A stretch of 64,000 nucleotides of DNA, taken from contig JAOAJX010000003.1 in NCBI GenBank assembly GCA_026413945.1, forward strand, positions 32,001 through 96,000. Direction: 5' to 3'. A model generated the notes under the pieces. It was not told the origin of the DNA, searched no databases, and saw nothing but the letters and a program-made list of their open reading frames with translations. Shown piece by piece: positions 57,667 through 64,000 of the stretch (position 1 is the stretch's first letter; each line of letters starts with the position of its first letter). The position numbers were made by a program, and so were the translations under genes. This DNA is from Candidatus Iainarchaeum sp. (GTDB lineage: Archaea; Iainarchaeota; Iainarchaeia; Iainarchaeales; DTGL01).

Positions 57667-58740
57667 TTAGGGTATAAAGTCAAGCCCTAAATCCTTGCTC
57701 GAGCCATATGCACTTGCTGCTTTCATTGACTTCGCTGCGCCCTTAATGTATGGTGATGTAACGCCTGTGAAGATCCCAATGACCTCGAGCTTGTTCTCAA
57801 ATGTTGGATCAACCCTTGCACCCCATATTACCTGTGCTTTGGGGTCTATGCGCTCTGTAAGCATTTCACCAACAGCATTTGCTTCACCAAGTGTCAGTTC
57901 AGGGCCACCTGTAATGTGTATGAGAGCGCCTGTAGCACCTTCTATGTTTACATCTAAAAGGGCATTCTTAAGAGTGTCTTCCACAACTTCGTTAACCCTG
58001 TCAACTGACTTTGATTCACCAACAGCTATCATGCTAAGGCCCTTATTGCTCATAACTGCGCGAACATCCGCATAGTCCAGGTTTATGAGTGATGGCTGCG
58101 TTATTGTTTCAGTTATTCCTCTTACAGCTCTTGCTATGACTTCATCAGCAACCCTAAATGCATCTTGTATTGGCAAGTTTGGAACAAGCTCAACAAGGCG
58201 GTTGTTGTCAATTACAATTACAGTATCTGCAGTTTCCTGCAATCTTGCAATGCCGCCCTCTGCTTTTTCCAATCTTGCTTTTTCAAGTGCAAATGGATAT
58301 GTAACCATTGCTATTACGATTGCGCCTTGCTCTTTTGCTATTTCAGCCACTATTGGTGCACTTCCAGTACCTGTACCTCCGCCCATACCAGCAGTAACGA
58401 AGAGCAGATCAACACCACTAAGAACCTCTTCTAAAGTACTCCTTGATACCTCTGCTGCCTTTGCTCCTATCTCTGGGTAGCCACCAGCACCTAAGCCACG
58501 AGTGACGCTCTTACCTATAAGAATCTTAGTAAGCTCGTCATTCATTAAAGAAAGGTGCTGTTTATCTGTATTAACTGCAACAAGCTTTGCACCAACTATT
58601 CCCATGCTTGCAAGCCTGTTTACAGTGTTACAGCCACCACCTCCAGTACCAACAACCATAATTTTGGGCGTGCCAAATTCTTCTAATGTATCTTCTTCAA
58701 CCTTTGCTTTATCAACAGCATTTTCTATGATGCTTTTCAT
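57667..58740 (-). CDS. ftsZ: Cell division protein FtsZ
   Basis: [36 protein letters not shown]; SD GAGGTGAGGTG. Confidence 0.97.
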   Translation of the reverse strand: MKSIIENAVDKAKVEEDTLEEFGTPKIMVVGTGGGGCNTVNRLASMGIVGAKLVAVNTDKQHLSLMNDELTKILIGKSVTRGLGAGGYPEIGAKAAEVSRSTLEEVLSGVDLLFVTAGMGGGTGTGSAPIVAEIAKEQGAIVIAMVTYPFALEKARLEKAEGGIARLQETADTVIVIDNNRLVELVPNLPIQDAFRVADEVIARAVRGITETITQPSLINLDYADVRAVMSNKGLSMIAVGESKSVDRVNEVVEDTLKNALLDVNIEGATGALIHITGGPELTLGEANAVGEMLTERIDPKAQVIWGARVDPTFENKLEVIGIFTGVTSPYIKGAAKSMKAASAYGSSKDLGLDFIP

Positions 58741-58798
58741 ACACCTCACCTCAATTTTTTAAAAAAGTTTAATTTGTATAATATATTGGCTGAACTCC

Positions 58799-58812
58799 TT
58801 TAAATAGCTTTT
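58799..58812 (-). promoter_or_regulatory. Probable BRE-TATA element of ftsZ
   Basis: AAAAGCTATTTAAA on the - strand, about 60 bp upstream of the ftsZ ATG. Confidence 0.55.
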
Positions 58813-59272
58813 GTTTTTAAAAATAAAGATAATTAACATTTTGTTAGCGAATGACATTTCTGTTAAGATAAAATTGAACGAAATGCCAATTAATAGTTAT
58901 TTAATCGAACCTAATGTTAAAATTGAGGTTCTGTTTCTAATAAACTTTTTCGCTATTTTAAAAAACTTTGTAATTTAACCAAGAATTGATCTTAAAATTA
59001 AGTAAAAAATGTTTAAAATTTTCTTATTGATGTTTTGTGGCATTAAAAAACTTAAGTATTAATTAAAAGCTATTTAAATTCTCAATTAATTATCAATAAA
59101 ATACATCCTAAACTCATTGCTAACAAGAGTTAGAATGCTGATTATGTATAAGATATGCTTTACGAACTTTTGGATATAGTTGTTTTATAGCACATTTATT
59201 GACTGACATCTATGTAAACATTATAAAATATTTTCCTATAAATTTGCTTAATAGTTGATTGTTGCCCCAATT

Positions 59273-59344
59273 GTCCAAGTAGCTCAGTGGTAGAGCAACC
59301 GGCTGTTAACCGGTAGGTCGGAGGTTCGAATCCTCCCTTGGACG
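59273..59344 (+). tRNA. tRNA-Asn (GTT), intronless, CCA not encoded
   Basis: GTCCAAG...CTTGGAC-G, anticodon arm ACCGG-CTGTTAA-CCGGT, TTCGAAT loop. Confidence 0.96.
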
Positions 59345-59397
59345 CTATCTTTACTTCTTCTTATGGGTTTAAAACACATTTTTACTTTAATCTACGA

Positions 59398-60024
59398 ATG
59401 AATCAAAGCGGTTTTGTACCAATAGGGAGTAGCGCAAAAGTAAAGACCTTTCCAGGAATTACAATTTTATTGATTGTAATCAATATTGTGGTTTTCTTTC
59501 TACTACCAGACGATACTGCAATTTATTTTGCGTTTATACCAGAATATCCAACATTAGTAACCCTTTTTACCCACATTTTTCTTCATGCTGACATATTCCA
59601 TCTTTTTGGCAATATGCTTTTTCTTTGGATCTTTGGCAAAGCCGTGGAAAGCGCTTTAGGCGGAAGGAATTTTTTAATAATTTACTTTTCAGCAGGTCTT
59701 GCTGCAGTTCTTGCGCATTCTCTACTCACAACGGTCCCAAGTATTCCTATCGTTGGAGCGTCTGGCGCAATTTCAGGCATCTTGGGAGCTTACTTGCTGC
59801 TATATCCAAAATCAAAGGTCAGAGTTTACCTCGGCTTTTTTATAAGCACTGACATGCCAGCAATATTTTACGCTTTCGTTTGGTTTGCAATACAGATTTA
59901 CTTTGGTCTTATTAGTCTTCATCAGGATTTGGGCGTTGCATTCTTTGCACATATTGGCGGATTCATCGCGGGCATGATCATGCTTCCAATGCTGCTACCG
60001 AGAAAGCAGACCCAAAGAATTTGA
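59398..60024 (+). CDS. Rhomboid intramembrane serine protease
   Basis: FLHADIFHLFGNM, GASGA, AHIGG. Confidence 0.93.
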   Translation: MNQSGFVPIGSSAKVKTFPGITILLIVINIVVFFLLPDDTAIYFAFIPEYPTLVTLFTHIFLHADIFHLFGNMLFLWIFGKAVESALGGRNFLIIYFSAGLAAVLAHSLLTTVPSIPIVGASGAISGILGAYLLLYPKSKVRVYLGFFISTDMPAIFYAFVWFAIQIYFGLISLHQDLGVAFFAHIGGFIAGMIMLPMLLPRKQTQRI

Positions 60025-60055
60025 TTTTTTATTCTTTTGCAATACTTTTCATATT

Positions 60056-60790
60056 ATGGTTCTCGTTTGGATACTTGTTGCAACTGCACTTAACAGCTTT
60101 TTAGCATTAATCGGCGGCATATCTCTGCTTATAAAAAAAGCACATTTTGAAAAATTGATCTTTGTAATGATATCTTTTTCCGCAGGTGCTTTGCTAAGTG
60201 GCGCATTTTTACATCTTATTCCAGAAGCGCTTGAATCAATTGAAAAGGACCTGCTTTTTATTATTGTGTTTGTGGGCTTTTGCAGCTTTTTTCTTATAGA
60301 GAGGTTTTTACACTGGCATCACTGCCACGAAGGTCATTGTAAAGTCCATCCCATAAGCTGGCTAATCACAATTGGCGATACAATACATAACTTTGTTGAT
60401 GGCACAATTATAACTGCAAGCTTTTTGGTAAGTATACCTTTTGGGTTTTTAACAACAGCTTTGATAATTGCACATGAGTTACCTCAAGAACTAGGCGATT
60501 TTGCAATACTTGTTCACAGCGGAGTTAAAAAAAGAAGAGCACTTCTAATGAATTTTATTTCCCAAACAGCATGCATCTTTGGTGCATTATTATCTTACTT
60601 TTTACTGATAAGCAATGACCTAACTGTTTTTCTATTGCCTTTTGCTGCAGGCGGATTCATATACATTTCAGCTTCTGATCTAATTCCAGAGCTACATAGG
60701 GAAGCAAGCCTAAAGAAGAGCCTGGCTTCATTCATAATTTTCATAGCGGGAGTTCTTTTTATATTTTCACTTAAGCTTCTCTTTGGGTGA
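60056..60790 (+). CDS. ZIP family metal (zinc) transporter
   Basis: HLIPEA, HWHHCH, HNFVDG, AHELPQELGDF. Confidence 0.93.
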   Translation: MVLVWILVATALNSFLALIGGISLLIKKAHFEKLIFVMISFSAGALLSGAFLHLIPEALESIEKDLLFIIVFVGFCSFFLIERFLHWHHCHEGHCKVHPISWLITIGDTIHNFVDGTIITASFLVSIPFGFLTTALIIAHELPQELGDFAILVHSGVKKRRALLMNFISQTACIFGALLSYFLLISNDLTVFLLPFAAGGFIYISASDLIPELHREASLKKSLASFIIFIAGVLFIFSLKLLFG

Positions 60791-62128
60791 TTTGCCTTTA
60801 CTTTTTATTCCTTCTGCAGAAATAATTCCTGTAACTGCGGCATACACAATTCCCCTAGAAAAACCACTTGCATCACCTGCAACATAAAGGTTTGAAACAT
60901 TCGTTTCCAAGAATTCGTTAGTAATATACTTCGTGTCATAAAATTTTATCTCTGGCGCGTAAACTAAAGTTGCATCTGATGCTATGCCAGGCATCACAAA
61001 GTCAAGCTTTTGTATTGCTTCTATTATATTTTGTACAACCCTCCTAGGTAATGCCATTGCAATATCCCCGGGCGTTACTTCCTTAAGAGTTGGTTCTATG
61101 GGTGCTTTTCCTATGCGTTCCCATGTGCTCCTACGGCCTTTTCTGAGGTCTTTGTAGCGCTGGATTATTGGCTTATTGCCACCTATCGTTGATGCTAACC
61201 TTGCTATGCTTCTGCCATATTCAGTAGTATCCTCGACAGGGTCAGTTAAAATAATTCTATTGAGCAAGGCCATGTTGGTATTTTTTGATTTCTTCTCTTT
61301 TTCAGCATGGCCATTCACAAGCACAAAACCGTCAAATTGCTCAGTTGTTACAAAACCCCTTGGGTTTGTACAAAAACTCCTGACCATATCATCATAGGTC
61401 TCAGTGTAGAGGCGAAATTTTGCATCATACATTATGCGCTCGATGTTTTCATATATCTCAGCAGGAAACTCGATTCTGACGCCAACATCAATGGGGCCAT
61501 ATTTTGTTTTTACGCCTAGCTCATGTAAAGTTTCTCTTAACCAATATGCCTTGCTTCTTCCAGGTGCACATATTAAGCTATTGCATTTGATGTTGCCTTC
61601 AGTCGTATCAATTTCAAATAAGCCTTCGCTTTTTTTTATCTTTTTTGCCTCGGTATCTAAAATGAATTCAATGCCCTCTTTCTTTAATTCCCTATAAAAC
61701 TTATCAATAATTCTTGGCAGTTTATCTGTGCCCACATGCTTCTGCTTCCCAGCAACGAATTCTATACCTGCACTTTCAGCTTTCTTCTTAAGCTCTTGCA
61801 GTTCATTGCCATTTGTCCCCGAGAATTCTTTTGGCGCACCATAGCTTACTAATATTGAGTCGACTTCATCAATAAACATTTGCAGCTCTGCTGCAGATCT
61901 TTTTAGCTCTTCAGGGCTTCCGCCTATCTCATAAGTTAGGTTTAATTTTCCATCAGAATAAGTGCCCGCACCGCCGATTCCAAATATAGCATCCTTTGGA
62001 TTTTCAGATGGTTTTCTATCAAGCGGCTCTTTTCCCATCTCTATAACAACTACGCTTTTAGCCCCAACTAATTTTTTTGCTGCAAAAAGACCAGCAGGTC
62101 CAGCACCTATGATTGCAACATCATACAT
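60767..62128 (-). CDS. NAD(P)/FAD-dependent oxidoreductase
   Basis: IIGAGPAG, GIGGAGTYSDGKL, HVGTD, RSFCTNP, AGDASG. Confidence 0.88.
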   Translation of the reverse strand: MYDVAIIGAGPAGLFAAKKLVGAKSVVVIEMGKEPLDRKPSENPKDAIFGIGGAGTYSDGKLNLTYEIGGSPEELKRSAAELQMFIDEVDSILVSYGAPKEFSGTNGNELQELKKKAESAGIEFVAGKQKHVGTDKLPRIIDKFYRELKKEGIEFILDTEAKKIKKSEGLFEIDTTEGNIKCNSLICAPGRSKAYWLRETLHELGVKTKYGPIDVGVRIEFPAEIYENIERIMYDAKFRLYTETYDDMVRSFCTNPRGFVTTEQFDGFVLVNGHAEKEKKSKNTNMALLNRIILTDPVEDTTEYGRSIARLASTIGGNKPIIQRYKDLRKGRRSTWERIGKAPIEPTLKEVTPGDIAMALPRRVVQNIIEAIQKLDFVMPGIASDATLVYAPEIKFYDTKYITNEFLETNVSNLYVAGDASGFSRGIVYAAVTGIISAEGIKSKGKSPKEKLK

Positions 62129-62245
62129 TAAGATTTCCCTTTTATGTTTTATCCAAAAAGGTTTTAATTGGTTATCATCACAAGCAAAACAGCAATGCTT
62201 TTGAAAATGCAGTGATATTTTAAAATTAAAAGCATTAATATCTTT

Positions 62246-63148
62246 ATGTTAGTTGGTCTTGAAAGATACGAAGCAATATTAGAAGGAAAGGCAGAGCCAA
62301 ATTATTTGTTAGCTAAAAAATCAAGGTTACTTTCTAAGAAAATAAAAGAAGCAGAATATTCATTGCAATCATGTGAACTTTGCGAGCGAAAATGCAGAGC
62401 AAACAGAGCCAAGGAAGAGCTTGGCTATTGTGGTTGTGATACAAAAGCAAAAATTTTTGGTGCATTTGCACATTATGGCGAAGAGCCAGAGCTCGTGCCT
62501 TCAGCTACTCTTTTCTTTTCAGGTTGCACGATGCATTGTGTTTACTGCCAAAATGCACCTGATAGTGTAACACCATCCATGGGTGAATTGTGGAATGAGC
62601 GCAAAATTGCAACTTGGATTGAATCAATGCACAATAGTGGCTGCAAGAATGTTAACTTTGTTGGTGGAGACCCTACTCCTTATGTGTATAATATTCTCAA
62701 AGCACTTTCTTATTGTAAAGCCAAAACGCCAGTAGTTTGGAACTCAAATGCTTACTATAGCAAAAAAACAGCAGATCTGCTTAAAGGCATTGTGGATGTT
62801 TATCTTCTCGATTTCAGATATTTTAATGATGAGTGTGCTTTAAAATATAGCAAAGCTCCAAATTATGTAGAAGCAGCCAAAAGAAATTTTTTGGACGCTT
62901 ACAATGATGCTGAAGTTTTAGTTAGACTGCTCGTTATGCCTTCGCATATCGAATGTTGTGCAAAACCAATACTAGACTGGCTTGCTAAGAATTTAAGCAA
63001 AGATGTTAGAATTAATATATTGAACCAATACTGGCCAGCATACAAAGCACACAATTACAATGAGATTAACAGGAGATTAGATCACAAAGAGATCTGTGAA
63101 GTTCTAAATTATGCTAAAAAAATTGGTCTTAAAAATCTCGCACCTTGA
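62246..63148 (+). CDS. Radical SAM protein, PflX-like
   Basis: CELCERKC, HYGEEPEL, CTMHCVYCQN, NFVGGDP, WNSN. Confidence 0.9.
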   Translation: MLVGLERYEAILEGKAEPNYLLAKKSRLLSKKIKEAEYSLQSCELCERKCRANRAKEELGYCGCDTKAKIFGAFAHYGEEPELVPSATLFFSGCTMHCVYCQNAPDSVTPSMGELWNERKIATWIESMHNSGCKNVNFVGGDPTPYVYNILKALSYCKAKTPVVWNSNAYYSKKTADLLKGIVDVYLLDFRYFNDECALKYSKAPNYVEAAKRNFLDAYNDAEVLVRLLVMPSHIECCAKPILDWLAKNLSKDVRINILNQYWPAYKAHNYNEINRRLDHKEICEVLNYAKKIGLKNLAP

Positions 63149-63219
63149 TTTTAGCCAAGCATTTTCAAGTGCCAATTACAATAAAGTTTTAATTGGTTTG
63201 CGGCAGTATACTTTAAGCT

Positions 63220-64000
63220 ATGGATAAGTTTCACCTTATAAGCCCGCTTGATTTTCGCTACATGCGCAGTGATTTAGCGGATAAAGCAATTGCTTATCTT
63301 TCAGAAGAAGCAAAGATAAAGCATGAGATTGAGGTAGAAGTTGCTTACGTGAGAGCACTTTCTTATTTTGGCATTTGTAAGAAAGAGTTATACAAAGAAA
63401 TCCAAAAAGCAGGCAAAAAAATAACTGCCGAACTGATCTGTGATGAAGAATCAAAGACAGGCCACGAGACAAAGGCGCTTGTTAATGTTCTTTCAACAAA
63501 TGTCAGCAGCGAGGCAAAGAAGTTTATCCACCTTGGGCTCACAAGCTGTGATGTTTTAGATACTGCAAACGCATTGCGCTTCAAGCGCTATACTGAAAAA
63601 GTCCTTTTGCCAGAAGCAAAATCGCTTGAAAAATTGCTTATAAAACTTGCAATCCAAAATAAAAAAACGTTTCAAATTGGTAGAACTCATGGCCAGCATG
63701 CCGAACCAATTACTTTCGGTTTCTTTTTAGCACAATACGTTTCCAGGCTAGGGCAAAGGATTCTTGCCATTGAAAATGCCTCATCAAATCTGAAGGGAAA
63801 AATTTCTGGAGCAGTTGGTGCTTATAATGCATTATCTTTGTTTTGCAATGATCCATTAAAACTTGAGGCAAAAACGCTTTCATATTTAGGCCTTAAGCCA
63901 TCTGAAAGCTCCACACAAATATTGCCAAGGGAATACTTTGCAGATCTTGTGCACGCGTTATTGAGCACATTGGGTGTTATTGCAAACCTTGCTGATGATA
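63220..64000 (+). CDS. purB: Adenylosuccinate lyase (partial, runs off the window)
   Basis: Manual translation: MDKFHLISPLDFRY, HLGLTSCD, GRTHGQHAEPITFG, GKISGAVGAY, STQI. Confidence 0.92.
   Translation, partial: MDKFHLISPLDFRYMRSDLADKAIAYLSEEAKIKHEIEVEVAYVRALSYFGICKKELYKEIQKAGKKITAELICDEESKTGHETKALVNVLSTNVSSEAKKFIHLGLTSCDVLDTANALRFKRYTEKVLLPEAKSLEKLLIKLAIQNKKTFQIGRTHGQHAEPITFGFFLAQYVSRLGQRILAIENASSNLKGKISGAVGAYNALSLFCNDPLKLEAKTLSYLGLKPSESSTQILPREYFADLVHALLSTLGVIANLADD

Noticed and set aside
59338-59397. TTG start of the rhomboid ORF
   Set aside because: Overlaps the tRNA-Asn 3' end; ATG 59398 is more plausible
1-64000. Stop-codon reassignment, selenocysteine, CRISPR arrays, IS elements, provirus
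   Set aside because: TAA, TAG and TGA all end conserved genes at expected lengths; no interrupted core genes, arrays, transposases or viral hallmark genes recognised

Overview
AT-rich, densely coding archaeal chromosome segment with about 60 CDS and 2 tRNAs. Archaeal information-processing genes (Csl4, RpoL, PCNA, split PriL/PriS, GINS, aIF2-alpha, aRF1, FEN1, NOB1, Dph2/Dph6), FtsZ, LonB and an S-layer protein fit a DPANN archaeon. Iainarchaeota/Diapherotrites-like is my inference and no phylogeny was run. Most of the window is housekeeping; I saw no CRISPR array, integrase, transposase or intein. Most unusual items: (i) a secreted Cys-rich protein with a ~130-aa tail containing 40 Tyr, prion/FUS-like in composition, transcribed divergently from a giant surface protein; (ii) two paralogous giant surface proteins that share a stalk, TM anchor and cytoplasmic tail but have different heads; (iii) two divergent PCNA genes in a replication cluster that also holds an mTERF-like repeat protein and a solitary AbiEii-like nucleotidyltransferase but lacks L44e and Nop10; (iv) a ~135-aa coiled-coil insertion in PEP synthase; (v) a ~520-bp ftsZ/tRNA-Asn intergenic region with a perfect 14-bp inverted repeat and repeated palindromes; (vi) possible non-canonical starts or slippage (PCNA1 AUA start, DUF99 A7 tract); (vii) an orphan eight-cysteine-domain gene fragment. 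Product calls come from motif recognition by eye, not database searches.
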